64,000 nt of DNA from Octopus bimaculoides (GCF_001194135.2 NC_069002.1:35222192-35286191), one strand, 5' to 3'; shown: positions 26,251 to 39,306, counted from the first letter of the stretch. The notes: generated from the letters alone by a model not told the origin. Program-made: numbers and translations.

Positions 26251-26435
26251 GAGGCAGTGAGTAGGCGGAATCGTCAGATGCATTTCGTCCTTATGTTCTG
26301 AGTTCAAATCCTGCCTAGGTTTACTTGCCACTCATCCCTTGGTGGGGGATGAAATAAGCACCAGTTGAGTATAGGGGCTCGATGTAATCAACATGCGCCT
26401 TCCTCCAAAATTTCAGGCTTTTTACCTTAGCAAAA
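26251..26435 (+). mobile_element. SINE type A (decayed)
   Basis: TGTTCTGAGTTCAAATCCTGCC, AAATAAGCACCAGTTGAG, and CAAAATTTCAGGC tail. Confidence 0.8.
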
Positions 26436-26460
26436 AGTAATATGCGTAGATAGATAGATA

Positions 26461-26620
26461 GCCGCAAGAGTGGCTATGTCGTCAGTAGCTTGCTTACCAA
26501 CCACATGGTTCCGGGTTCAGTTCCACTGCAATGCACCTTCGGCAAGTATATTCTACTATAACTTCAGGCCGATCAAAGCCTTGTGAGAGGAGTTGGTAGA
26601 TGGAAACTGAAAGAAGCCTG

Positions 26621-26625
<5 letters not shown>
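26461..26625 (+). mobile_element. SINE type B head and CORE-like region
   Basis: GAGTGGCTATGTCG...TTCCGGGTTCAGTTCC B-box-like motif and CACCTTCGGCAAGT. Ends in (TA)n. Confidence 0.88.
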
Positions 26626-26656
<31 letters not shown>

Positions 26657-27178
26657 GAATTATATTCTTGGGAATAGAAAAATGATGGGTTTTTTCCCTT
26701 ATGAATTTTTTACACATTAGCTTCCTGATAACATTCTTAGAAAAGATTTTTATCCCATTATTGAATTAATTAAACATAAGGTTATTAGAGTTAAAGTTTA
26801 GAATAACCGTTTAAGGAATAAAAATATCCGTTATACTACCGGTATAATTACGCATGTTAAACCTGGATATACATATGAAAGCATATTATGCTTATAGGTT
26901 ACAGGTAATGACAAAGATAAACATGATCTTATTAGGAGTCAAATTTAAAGTACACACTAAATGGAGAAATATTGAACAACGGCAACTGACTCATCAATTA
27001 TTACTTTTTAAATTCTGAAAATAATATTTTCAGGATTTTCAATTGCAATACCGTATAACATTGGAAGCAGAAACAGCTGTTATGTAGAATACAGTCTATT
27101 TTTATTTAGTTAAAAAGTAATAACTGATAATTATTGTTGATCAATATTTCTCCATTTTTTGCGTAATGCAAATTTATA

Positions 27179-27229
<51 letters not shown>

Positions 27230-28620
27230 TCTGCCAATAAGGCACGTTGATGTTTCGGGCTAAGAACTTCTTCCGAGACTAAAATTTAGATGAACTCAAT
27301 GTATGCCAAAATATTTCTTAAAATTTTCTCATTTCCATATTTTTTTTATATGCCAACAATCTAAAATGTTTTGTCACGGAATATAGTTTTATATGCAAAA
27401 CTTTGTGTAGCCTATTTATTGGTAAGAGTTCACCTGCAGACAAAGAACGAACTAAAGAGGTAACATACTAGTTTATTGAAGTGCATTTTTAGTGAGACAA
27501 GTATTCGAATTTTCACCTTCCTACGTAACAGCTTTAAGCAGAAATGATGCTTTGCAGTCACTATAGGTTAACAATACAATCATGTATGAGAGGAGTTGGA
27601 GTTTTTTGTTTTTTTGTTTTTCTAAAAATCAATTTCATTGTGAGCATATTGTTACTTGAGAGGTCTTAGAAATGCAAAGTGTTTTATGGTGGAATGGTGT
27701 TTCCTATCGTCGTATGTATTAAAACATTGTGAATGGTTGACACCATGGTTAAAGCTCTACTTTTTTACTTCATGTCCGTTTATATTTATTCATTTTTTTC
27801 CGTCTTTATTAATGTATATTTATACATCTGCAAATGATACGGGTGTCAGTCAATAAATGCTCTGTCAACATCAACATTCTTCAGGTAAATTCTGTCCTTT
27901 CTCTTTTTCTTTCAAGGACAAAAGGCACCTCTACGAATATAAGAAATGGTAGAATAAAGATATGGCAATATCCTACGGAAACTCTTACACTGGAAAATAT
28001 CGGCATACGAAGAAAACAGCCTTTCAGATAATTTCAATATGTATTGAATTACTTTCCTTTGGAATTTCGTCTTACTTGACGAGCATAACAGAAGGGTGAA
28101 GTTAAGTGTTAAAAAAATAAATAAAATTCTGCCGGTTTATATTACATGAATTCAAATAGCAAGAATTTTAGTTCCAGGAAAACACGCAGATAATAAAAGA
28201 TATATAAGCGGTTTTGTGCAACGAATAGCATGGCATGATCGAAAACGGGTAGAATTTCTAAGAATATACTTCAAATAAGAAATTCTATTTCGCAAACCTT
28301 TACAAAGAACACATACCAACAGACTTCAAAGACGTTTCATTTTGCAGACTATAAATTGTGGTTTCTTGGAGGGAACTACTAGTTCACGAAACTGTACTTG
28401 GAATATTTCTATAATTTATGCTACTGTGTAATGAGAATAGTCTAACATGTCGGAATGTTGCCCGTCGTCTGACACTAAGGCAGAGGGTAGAAAAATTGAT
28501 AGGAATATATATATATATCGAGAGCGTTTTCTTATTCGATACATAGACATACATTGAGGCACAAAAATAGGTATACAGGTAGATAGATAAACGGATAGAT
28601 AGATAGATAGATGTCTAGAT

Positions 28621-29612
28621 ACGATTCTTTATTAGCCACACAGGGCTGAGCACAGAGGGGACAAGTTACAAAGTAGAGCTTTTCTTTTGGGGGATGAGAA
28701 GGAAGGATAATAAAAAGGGGGTAGATTTTTTTATCAAAAGGGATCGTAAAAAAACAAAAAAAACGATCAATAGAGATCGTGTATCACAGAAATGTCATGA
28801 TATAAAGTGTAAAGGGGGAAACAGATTAAGTTTATCCGTGGGAAGAAAAGCCTACGGAAAAGACCACGGTAAACTTTCCAAAAACATATTACAGTAAGTG
28901 ACTCTCTTTTTACCTTTTTTTTCTGGTTCATAGGGTTATGCTAAAAGGTGACTCCGTCAATCATACGTGCCATCCTTGTTATATTCACCCATCTTTTCTT
29001 GAAGCATTCAGTAGACAGAACTTCCCTCTACACTCTTACCTTCCTCTTCAAGTGATACTTGAAAAAGTTGATGAGAGATTCACTAGAGAGGTAAGTATTT
29101 GTCTCCAGACCTTTCAGACGCATCCACCATAGACATTCTTTCGCCATAGCCACACGTACGATGAAAATGTCTCTTCCCTCCCGTTTCAAGGAAGGAGGTG
29201 CGACAATATTCACGATAAACTCGGCTGATAAACTGACTCGTCCCACACGCGATAGCAGTCGTTCGGAAATGGTTGGACACTGTACGAGTGCGTGCAGAAC
29301 GGTTTCGTCGCTCTGACCGCATCTCGGGCAGGTCGACCCATTGTTTTCCGAGCCATACCTGTAGAGCTTATCCCGAACGGGTAGCGCTTCTCGATAGCAC
29401 TGCCAGGACAGGTATCTCTGGAAGTTGTCCATAGGTCCCGCCCCGAAATTCGTCTTGAACCGGCAGGTCAGGTATTCCTCGTCGACGCCCAGGTTCGCCC
29501 CGAGATCGTCGTCGTACCTCCCCTCCACTAATCCCCTATAGAATGCTTTGGTTGTGTTTCAGTCGCTCAAAGTCGACCCGGGATGGCATAGTTGCTCGAA
29601 AGTTGTGCGCGT
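28621..29612 (-). mobile_element. 5'-truncated L1/Tx1-like LINE (ORF2 C-terminal zinc-binding region plus 3' UTR)
   Basis: ORF 29028..29528 has LPVRDKLYRYG...TCPRCGQSDETVLHALVQC (zf-RVT pattern), preceded by TTKAFYRGLVE. There is a T-rich 3' UTR and AATAAA at 28628-28633 (minus). Confidence 0.88.
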
Positions 29613-31183
29613 TGTGTGTGTGTGAATGTCTTGTAAAGGAATAGGGATTTGGAATACGGGCAGGTACCTTATTAACATTCTGATATAATCCAGATTTGGC
29701 TAACTATATAGAATCATAGGGAACCTACACCATTGTATGAATTAAACATTTAAACGGAACTTCAATCGACAGGTGCTAATTGGTCTTCATACATCACAGA
29801 GAATATACAATTAAGACGTCATAAAGGAGAATGGAGAATTATAGGTATTGACAATTTATTCATTATAGTGTTATTCCCATTAAATCCCAATCTGACACGT
29901 ATTTCTGCTGGACAAATGTCCTAGTTTCCTTTGATGTAAAATTTATGTGCATTTTGTTGATTCCGTTGCTAGACATATTCATCCAGGTTAGACTTTCCTA
30001 TGCAACTCTGTCCAAAGTTTTATACATACAGAACAGAGAAGCGAACTGAGAACACAAGTATTAGATAGTTCTTCAAAAATTATATTTTAGGTGAAGGACC
30101 ATAAAACCTCAGCGTACCTGACAGGTACAGCTTGATGAAACACGTATCGGATTGAAATTTTATAAGAAACCCAAAATGAATAAATTTTAAATGTGTATAA
30201 TTGTCAATTCTTCTTTATCATAGCTTGTCTACTCTGCATACTATAAGACGTCCAAATACGATATGACCATTGCTCTGGTACCAGAAAAATTGAGGAAAGC
30301 GGCATAAGAATGTAACTCGTTGTGCATAGGTATGCATCGAAAGAGAGGGCAGGGAAACGAACTGGTGTATTATATACCAAAATTCATTTCATTTGTCTCC
30401 ATAGCTAGGACAAAAACAGAGCACATATAGGAAGAAAAAAAGTGGAGAGTCACGTAATTAATTATCTAAATACAATTGGCATAGTATATATTTAAGTGGA
30501 AGTGAAGACCTAAAAAGCTTACCAAGAGCAGATTGCATAATTCGGACACTCTCCAACGGAACGTGTGTGTAGTGTCGAGACTAAATAATTTACGAACGAA
30601 TTCTCTAGATTTCTTTTCTCTCTCACACACACACACACGTACAAAACATAGGCAGACATAAATATATACAACAAATACACATACATGTATATACATATAT
30701 ATAAATATACATATGCATAAATGTGTAAAATAATGTATAATTTATAAGTATGTGGTTGTGAGCGTGTGTAAAAACATATTGTTAGAGACATGTATACACA
30801 TTTATACATACCGGTATACAGATATATACATATTTGTTTGCACGAAGAGGACAACGTATGAATCTATACATATGTATATATGACCATATATGCATCTGTG
30901 TTTGCGTGTGAGTGGCTGTGTGTGAATGTGTGTGTGTTCCTATGTGGATATGGAAGGTGACAGCTACTTTAAGTTTCACAAGTGGTGAAATTGTATCGTC
31001 TCTTCGCTCAGTTTCCATTTGTGATATTGTTCTTATTTTCAAACGATCAATTATCAAATATATCTACATACATACACAAATCCTTATATACATACCTATA
31101 TTTATAAATATACAAGCACATATATACACACATATATATACACACATATATATACTTATGTCTACCAATATACATATATGAAT

Positions 31184-31272
<89 letters not shown>

Positions 31273-31323
31273 TATGTGTGTGCGTGCGTTTGTAAGAACG
31301 TTTATACAGTGTCAACTACTTAC

Positions 31324-31422
31324 CCTTGTTCCCGAGGGCAAAGCGACATTCATTCCATCTATCACCGGTGCCCCTCCTGCTATTTGCAATCCATAACCGT
31401 TCACATCCAATAAAATCCTGCT
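31324..31422 (-). CDS. Candidate 99-nt exon ([33 protein letters not shown]), product unknown
   Basis: Strong donor AAGG|GTAAGT and acceptor cacactttcaaag|, open in phase 0-0. A second frame is also open. Confidence 0.25.
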
Positions 31423-31937
31423 CTTTGAAAGTGTGTATCCAGAACATTAACAATGCAGAAGTAATCTATACCGTGCATAGCATTTAGTGCACTTGACGTG
31501 GAGTGGAAGAGAACAAATAAAACCGAGTAGAAAATTGGTAAGGAATAAAGCATAATAGCTGGAAGGATTAAAAAGGGCTTATAAAATTCTAGTGAAAATT
31601 CTCTTCCGTAATACTTTATGGCAAAATAGCAAAACCCGATAACAGACGGCATCCGAGAATTGTTTATTTCTTTAATAATGTCTTTGCTGTCATGGATATA
31701 TTGCAGATTCTAGGCTATGGAAACATATAGACGAGCTCACATAGAGAGAGATATACGAACGCACACATTTGTGCGAGTGAGTATATATATATATATATAT
31801 ATATATATACAAATAAAGAATATAAATGTATATATATATATATATATTACATACATATATATACACACACACGAATAAAGAATATAAATGTGAATATATA
31901 TATACGTTATATATATTGATATATGTATGTTTTTGTG

Positions 31938-31981
<44 letters not shown>

Positions 31982-33814
31982 GAGAGAGAAAGAGAGAGAG
32001 ACAGAGAGAGAGAACGAGGGAGGGAGAAAGAGATAATGGTAAATAGATATATACAGTGACATATGTAATCAAATGTGTACATGTATTTGTGTGGATTCCG
32101 TGCTAATGTGTGCGTGTGCGGGCACACGCCTACGCATTCACCTCTGTATGAAGATATACAGAAAACGTAATGGTTACATAGTGGCTGACATGTTCCATCC
32201 ACTATACATATATTTATGTAGGTAAAGATATGTGTGTCTGTCTGTGTATACATACAAACACACACGTGGATATGGCAGAGATGTGGGCTATAAATTAGAG
32301 TGCAGAACAGCAGCAAGACGCTGCTGGTGCAATGACGAGCGTATGGAGCTCTGGCTGGCATAGCTGAAATTTTGTCTGATGTCCGTGGAACTCTGAAAAC
32401 AATACTGGCGATATAACCAAAAGCATCTACGATATATATCTTAACACTGAACGGTATATGTGTGTGTGTGTGTGTGTCGTTACATATGATGTCATAGGAT
32501 AAAAGAACAAATATCAACGACATTGCAAAATTTCCCAAACAACAATTGCTATTATTGCTCTGGCGCTAAGAGATATACTAGACTTAATTTCTATCAATCT
32601 TCGGATACTTTCCTCCTATGGATTGTAGAAGTGGCGAGGAATCACGCGGATAATTTTTCAAGTAGAAATAAGAAGAATGTAAAAAGGTAAAATTGCAATC
32701 TTGCTTTGAAAATGTTGGCAATTGTTACTTGTTATTAAATTTCTTATACATTGTATGAGCGTGCATATGCATACACCGTAATGAATCACACAACACCAAC
32801 TGGACCATCATCACCGTGAACTTGCCTTACAAACACGATGCCTGCACTTTGTCAGCTCTGCCATCGCGAAAGATTGCATGTTCTCATCAAACCTGCACTA
32901 TACAACAACAGGACATCTGAACAGCCTTATTACTACCACCAGAAGTACGCCCTTCTGGTGAACTACAAGCCATTGGCCAACGACAAACCATCTATAGAGC
33001 AGCTTAATACTGGCTGTCGCACTATCTGCTGACTTTGCTACCAAATTCATCTGCTGCGATCGTGTTCATTTGCGTGGGTGTGCATGCGTGCACACACATC
33101 TGAGTAAATTTAATTTTTCTTTCCTTTCTACCTCTAATACTAACAAATCTCAATAGGTAAGTAGATTGGTAGGTAGGCAAATAGATAGGTGGAGAGGTAG
33201 GTAAAAAGGCAGAGAGGTAGATAGGCAGGTGGATAAATAGGCAGGTATGTAGACATGTAGGTAGACTGGTAGGTAGATAGGTACGTACGTACACTGTATG
33301 TGGGGATGGATGGATGGATGGATGTGTACATACTTATATACATACTTATATACATACTTATATACATACTTGCACGTATATTTTTTCAAATGTATTGTTT
33401 GCTCAGCAGATTAGTTCTCTTCGCATGAATAGCGGTTCGTTTGTGAATATCACAACCAAGCACGATTTATGCAACCGTAGAAATCTGTTGAACAAATTCA
33501 TTACATCTTGTGAATCCATATCGCTATTTGTTAAAATTTCTCTTTGTACAAAACAAATGATACTATCTCTGGTGACAATCAGCGGAACCTTGAAACATTT
33601 CAGGTTGATACATGCTTCCTGAGATAAGGCAAAACCAAAAACTAAGCATAAACATTTGTTTACAACTGTCACAATACAGATATGGCGCTTGTGCGTTGCG
33701 TAAAAAAAGGTTTTCTCTTACATAACGCTACTAATACACCAAAGAATGAATACACTCTAATGCAAACGTAATTGTATACATTACGTATCAATAATTGTAT
33801 TTAAACGTGAATTA

Positions 33815-34540
33815 GAGTTGCTTAGTGGTTTTTGTATTCGGCTTACGATCGTAAGAACATGATTTCCATACCTGGTAGCGATGCGGTGGGTCCTTGAATG
33901 TCATGCTTTATTTCACTCTGCTCCATTCCACTCAGCTGGCGAAAATGAATACAGTAAACGCTCGATATATCTGGCGAATATGTAAATTTATATCGCGGGC
34001 TTCTCCGTATATCGAAGGTTTCTGCGGCCAATAGATATTAATAATTTTTATATTTTAATTATTTATTTTCGTAAATAAGATTTTAACACCTAGAAATTAA
34101 TAAATTAATAAATAGAGTACAGTACTGCACTGGATAACACATTATTTAAAATATATTAACAGAAAATACATAGTGTACTGTAGATTAGCAAACAAAGAAT
34201 CGTACGTATTCTATTGGAAAATACCAGTACAGTATAGCTTCTATTTCGCGGATTTCCACCCATCGTGAGGCTTTTGGAACGTAACACCCGTGATAGTCGA
34301 GTGATTACTCTAGTACTAGCATTTCAAAGGACGTGTATCTGTATTTCAATAGTACTTGTATTTCAAAAGAGAAAATAAATAGTACCTTTATTTTAAAGGC
34401 TGAACCGCCTTCAGAACTATGTGAATGGTATGAGTGCATGTGGATTGCTCAGTATTGTCTCGTTAATTTTACGAATAGGCTGTCCCATTGATCGGATTAA
34501 TTGGAAACCTCGCTTTCCTAACCGATTGTGTACCAGTTGT
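33815..34540 (+). mobile_element. tRNA-derived SINE, type C, split by a pogo-like MITE
   Basis: tRNA-like head, then CTCCATTCCACTCAGCTGGCGAAAATGA. Resumes after the MITE with GTACT...GTTAATTTTACGAATAGGCTGTCCCATTGATCGG. Confidence 0.65.
33952..34310. mobile_element. pogo/Tigger-like non-autonomous element with TA TSD
   Basis: Ends are TA|CAGTAAACGCTCGATAT and TAGTCGAGTGATTACTC|TA. The interior (AATAGAGTACAGTACTGCACTG) is shared with 15574-16085. Confidence 0.82.
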
Positions 34541-34617
34541 TTTACATGTAAGGCAGATATAAATTCTACCAGAAACTGATCTCATTCATGTACACTCTAA
34601 AAGCTCTAAAATGAATA

Positions 34618-34730
34618 TTTCTAATTTTGATACAAGGCCATCAATTTGGGTGGGTTAAGGATAAATCATGTAATAGCCTCCAGTGCTCAACTAGTGCTTA
34701 TGTCATCGACTCCGTAAAAAGCAAAATAGA
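34618..34730 (-). mobile_element. SINE type A 3' half
   Basis: TTTTGATACAAGGCCATCAATTT and CCAGTGCTCAACTAGTGCTTAT. Confidence 0.7.
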
Positions 34731-34740
34731 TATTGGTGGT

Positions 34741-34810
34741 TATTTACATTCGACGGATATTTGTCCTCATCTTGTTTGTTAACACAACGTTTTGGCTGTT
34801 ATACATATCC
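34741..34810 (-). mobile_element. Partial second copy of the hammerhead-bearing tail seen at 60341-60467
   Basis: The minus strand reads CAGCCAAAACGTTGTGTTAACAAACAAGATGAGGACAAATATCCGTCGAATGTAAATA, nearly identical to 60369-60428. GAAA is mutated to AAAA and the 5' half is missing. Confidence 0.85.
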
Positions 34811-36344
34811 TTTTGTAATGTACACGTGTTTAATATAATACATATAAATTTTGTAATATCATATCATATCGTATATATTTACCCACTATATATTCAATCA
34901 TACTGAACGTTTATATATCGTAATATACTGTCTTAAATTGTTAAATATTTTTATACAACTTGGAAACTATGCATGTTTATAAATATCTTAAAATAAATAT
35001 TTTAAACATTCATGATATTTCTGAAGTTCAAATCCTTGTATATGCCTGTGTACTTTTATCTTATCTTACTATTATAGACATTTTACAGACTTAAAACTAT
35101 ATTGATTCTAGAATTAGAATACACACATATATTAATTCTTGTGTTGGATATGCGGTATTGTTCCTGTGGTTTTCCACCCTTATGTCTCCATTTAACTATA
35201 TATATATATATNNNNNNNNNNNNNNNNNNNNNNNNNNNNNNNNNNNNNNNNNNNNNNNNNNNNNNNNNNNNNNNNNNNNNNNNNNNNNNNNNNNNNNNNN
35301 NNNNNNNNNNNNNNNNNNNNNNNNNNNNNNNNNNNNNNNNNNNNNNNNNNNNNNNNNNNNNNNNNNNNNNNNNNNNNNNNNNNNNNNNNNNNNNNNNNNN
35401 NNNNNNNNNNNNNNNNNNNNNNNNNNNNNNNNNNNNNNNNNNNNNNNNNNNNNNNNNNNNNNNNNNNNNNNNNNNNNNNNNNNNNNNNNNNNNNNNNNNN
35501 NNNNNNNNNNNNNNNNNNNNNNNNNNNNNNNNNNNNNNNNNNNNNNNNNNNNNNNNNNNNNNNNNNATATATATATATATATAAATTTATATCTGTTTAT
35601 ATATGTATGTATGTGTGTGTGTACGTGCGTGTTTATGCATGTATGTATACATCACATACATAATCAAATCTAAAAAACGTACACGTATATATGTAGTGTT
35701 GTGCGTGAGATAAGTTTTGTATAGGAATTCCCCAGCCTCTTGTTCCCACATCCCTCCAGTAATGTCTTCTACGTTTACATCAATATCACTCCATCTCTCC
35801 CTGTCTCTATCCATCTCTCTCTCTCCTTTTCAATGTTGGTGTTTTTATGTGTGAGTATGATTGTGAGTGAGGTCGTGTGTGTGTGTGTGTGTGTGTGTGT
35901 CCGTACCTACAATTCAGCGCTGATTGCATTGTTACGTATCTAGTCCCCAAGATAGTAAAACACTTATTCATCGCTAGTATGTCATCTTTATAAACTCTAG
36001 GGATATATGTATGCAATGACTTATTAATATAATACAATTCAAGAAGAGAATAATGATAATAAAATTTTAGAAAAGAAGAGAAATAAGAATGAAATGAATA
36101 AGAATTCAATTTAATTAGTTTACCTGCATGTTTAATCTATTCCCATTTACGGATGAAAAATATTACATATTCTTGTAGTGAATCAAATTATCATATTTGA
36201 GGTTCCATATAAATCTAGCGTATCAAATTCGAAAGCATTGACATTTTAATGCTCATTAAAAATTTCACCGTTTCACCTTACCGAATCCCAATGGATACAT
36301 GCATAAAGACAGGAATATAAATTATATATCTATATATATACTTT

Positions 36345-36520
36345 TCTTTTACTTCCTTCAGGCATTTGACTGTAGCCATTAGTCGAAATAATCGACCCGA
36401 GGATATATTTTTTGTAAATCTAATACTTATTCTGCCTATCTCTTTTACTTAACCACTAAGTAACGGGGACATAAACACAACAATATCGGTTGCGATGTGA
36501 TGGTAGGGGAACAAACACAG

Positions 36521-36530
<10 letters not shown>
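36345..36530 (-). mobile_element. SINE type B tail
   Basis: GGCATTTGACTGTAGCC...ACGGGGACATAAACAC...GATGGTAGGGGAACAAACACAGAC. The head is presumably lost in the adjacent gap. Confidence 0.75.
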
Positions 36531-36577
<47 letters not shown>

Positions 36578-37050
36578 NNNNNNNNNNNNNNNNNNNNNNN
36601 NNNNNNNNNNNNNNNNNNNNNNNNNNNNNNNNNNNNNNNNNNNNNNNNNNNNNNNNNNNNNNNNNNNNNNNNNNNNNNNNNNNNNNNNNNNNNNNNNNNN
36701 NNNNNNNNNNNNNNNNNNNNNNNNNNNNNNNNNNNNNNNNNNNNNNNNNNNNNNNNNNNNNNNNNNNNNNNNNNNNNNNNNNNNNNNNNNNNNNNNNNNN
36801 NNNNNNNNNNNNNNNNNNNNNNNNNNNNNNNNNNNNNNNNNNNNNNNNNNNNNNNNNNNNNNNNNNNNNNNNNNNNNNNNNNNNNNNNNNNNNNNNNNNN
36901 NNNNNNNNNNNNNNNNNNNNNNNNNNNNNNNNNNNNNNNNNNNNNNNNNNNTCTGTCCTAAAAAATTACATATTTTATCGACCCCGAAAACGCGAAAGGC
37001 AAATTGTAGCACGGCAGCATTTAAACTTATATATATATATATATATATAT

Positions 37051-37697
37051 ATACACGCACGTATGTACGTATCTGCTGATTCACTAGAAGCGATAAATTA
37101 CACAACATAAATGCTCGGAAACAAATTATCAAATTACTGAGTACAAGAAACTTGCAGTTATAAAGTGTGTGTCTACCAGATCTACTCACAAGGCATTCGT
37201 CTACCCGAAGATATAGTAGCAGACACTAGCCAAAATTACCTTGCGTTATGACTGAACCAGCATCCATGTCGCTGGGAAGAGTATTCCTCACTACACACCA
37301 ATTGTTATGGTATATCCAAGACTTGAACACGCAAACAATGCGTGCTTGTAAATACATATATGTGTACACGCATGTATCTATGTGTACGTGTATATATGTA
37401 TAGGATGGGGTAGAGAGGACGGATGTTTTCCAAAAATTCACAAAATCTTTAATGTTAGCAGGAAAGAAATTTTATTGACATTAAAGTGTTCGTATTCAAT
37501 TTGCATTTGTCAAAATCACACGTGGAAAATAATATCCATCATGTGGTGTCCGTTTTCATTGATGCATTTCTGAAGGCTTTATAGGAAGCTGGCTTCCATT
37601 CTCTCCAGCATTGCTCTGTCTATATGGGTGACTTCCACACGAATAGATTCCTTGAAATCGTCCAATGTAGAGGGCTTATGCGCATACACACGTGCCT
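37051..37697. repeat. Left arm of a long inverted duplication (partner 39361-40025)
   Basis: Colinear reverse-complement match over about 650 bp, with scattered substitutions and two small indels. Confidence 0.93.
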
Positions 37698-38260
37698 CGA
37701 GTTTACTCCACAAGAAATAATCACACATGGACATATCAAGTGACCGAGGAGGCCAAGGAATATCAGCAAACCTGGAAATGTGGCGGTCACCAAAGAGGGC
37801 GAAGAGCGTACATTGATACTCTGGCTGTGTGGGCCGTCACCCCATCAATGCAGAGCGATTCGAACTCCGTATCAAAGCTTGTCCGACACGTTCCACATTT
37901 TCTGGGATCCGTACCGGTCGTAGCACCCCCACCGGTCTTCCGTTCATTAGTGTACCCCGTGTACGAAGTGCATTCACCCAACGTAAGATTGTGTTAAGGG
38001 TGGGAACAGCCTGATTTCGGTGAGTGTTGAAATGGCGCCGAAATTCACGCTGAATTGCTTTGACATACTCGTAATTCTTCACGTAACTGTCGTAGGCAAA
38101 TGCACGATGCTATATCGTCCACAGCGCCATACTTCACCTAAAACAAAAAAAAGAATGCTAAGACACCACGGACTGAATGGTACCTGTCAGACATATGTCC
38201 CTCCCCATGGAGCTGAGAAATAGCCATTTCAAAACCACCCGTTCTCCCTGCTCGACCCTG
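37401..38260 (-). mobile_element. Internally deleted Tc1/mariner-superfamily element, approximately DD41D (rosa-like)
   Basis: TA-flanked imperfect TIRs (CAGGGTCGAGCAGGGAGAACGG / TAGGATGGGGTAGAGAGGACGG). N-terminal HTH IQREFRRHF...PTLNTILRWV is fused to DGVTAHTARVS...PWPPRSLDMSMCDYFLW, with about 41 residues between the two Asp across one frameshift. Confidence 0.85.
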
Positions 38261-39179
38261 TATATATATATATATAAAACACAAGAAATCATTTTTGTCT
38301 CCTTTTATAGAAAGACAAGGGTTTATAGGACTGCAAAAAGTGCTCAAATATATTTAGACAGAGATAAAGAAACATTGATCATAGAACAAACATCAAATTC
38401 GAGTCAACGTCTTTATATATAACACCATACCTCTAACATTCGACTATATATAAATATTACCATGGTTCTTAAACATATAAAAATATACATATACAAAAAC
38501 AAAACACAGAAGGTAAATATATATATGCGAATAAAATACAAATATATAGAACGGCATATCAAAAAGGTAAATACAACGACTAAAATTTTAAAGTGCGTCA
38601 TGCAACTAAAGACCTAAATAAACTAAGATAAAGTAAAATATAAAACGACTAAAAATATTTATAAAAAAGGTTTTTTTACTTACCTCTCACAAGAGTACGT
38701 CCAAATAGTTCAATTCTTAAAATCAAGGTAGGTAAGAGTCCAGGAGCAAAAATAATTCCACAAAGTAAATTCAAACACACCTATGACCATTTCGGGAGTT
38801 CACTCCCGCGGTTTGATTAAATTTAAAGTGCATCTTGGCAATGACCTCCACAGCAAGATGAACGGAAAACACACACACACAAAGCAAATCCAACAAAAAA
38901 AAAAGCTCATACAGTGCCACATAGCTAATTTGAAAGATAAACCCATCACAGGACAAGTCCAAATTTTCTAACACAAAAGAAGACAAGGAAAAAAAAAACA
39001 ATTATTTCATTGCTAAACATATAGGTGACTGTTGATAGAAATTTAAATGTTCTGGTTTCAAATCCCCGTAAAACTAAATGTTATTTACTAAATCAACTTT
39101 TACTTCTATACACTTTCATAAAAGTAGAAGGAAATTTATGGCTGCAAGAAATTATCACCTCAGTAAATTTATTTAAAGT

Positions 39180-39306
39180 TTTAGGCCCAAAAGACTTAAG
39201 GATGACAAGGGATTCCCTTACACAAAACTTGTACTTATCAATATTAACTCTGTGCAAGTTATGTGTAAGGGAATCCCTTGCCATCCTTAAGCATTTTGGT
39301 CCTAAA
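39180..39306. repeat. Fold-back element: 55-bp arms, 17-nt loop
   Basis: 39180-39234 matches the reverse complement of 39252-39306 at 49/55 positions. Confidence 0.92.

Noticed and set aside
26461-26540. tRNA gene (also considered at 44804 and 60147)
   Set aside because: A/B boxes are present but there is no complete cloverleaf or acceptor stem, and each continues into SINE body sequence.
27914-28031. Plus-strand exon after a strong pyrimidine tract
   Set aside because: Short frames, no convincing donor and no homology. Cannot be separated from chance.
30095-30155. Hammerhead candidate (GTACCTG-A-CAGGTAC stem followed by GAAACACGTA)
   Set aside because: No recognisable CUGANGA core or stem I. 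Similar weak candidates at about 1062-1100 (+) and 14490-14545 (-) were dropped for the same kind of incompleteness.
31324-31422. PDZ-domain assignment for [15 protein letters not shown]
   Set aside because: Only the GYGL-like loop matches. The following residues do not fit the PDZ pattern, so no product is named.
32286-32300. TATA box (CTATAAAT) for a plus-strand gene
   Set aside because: Downstream ATGs give only 6-11 codon frames, and such motifs are frequent in AT-rich DNA.
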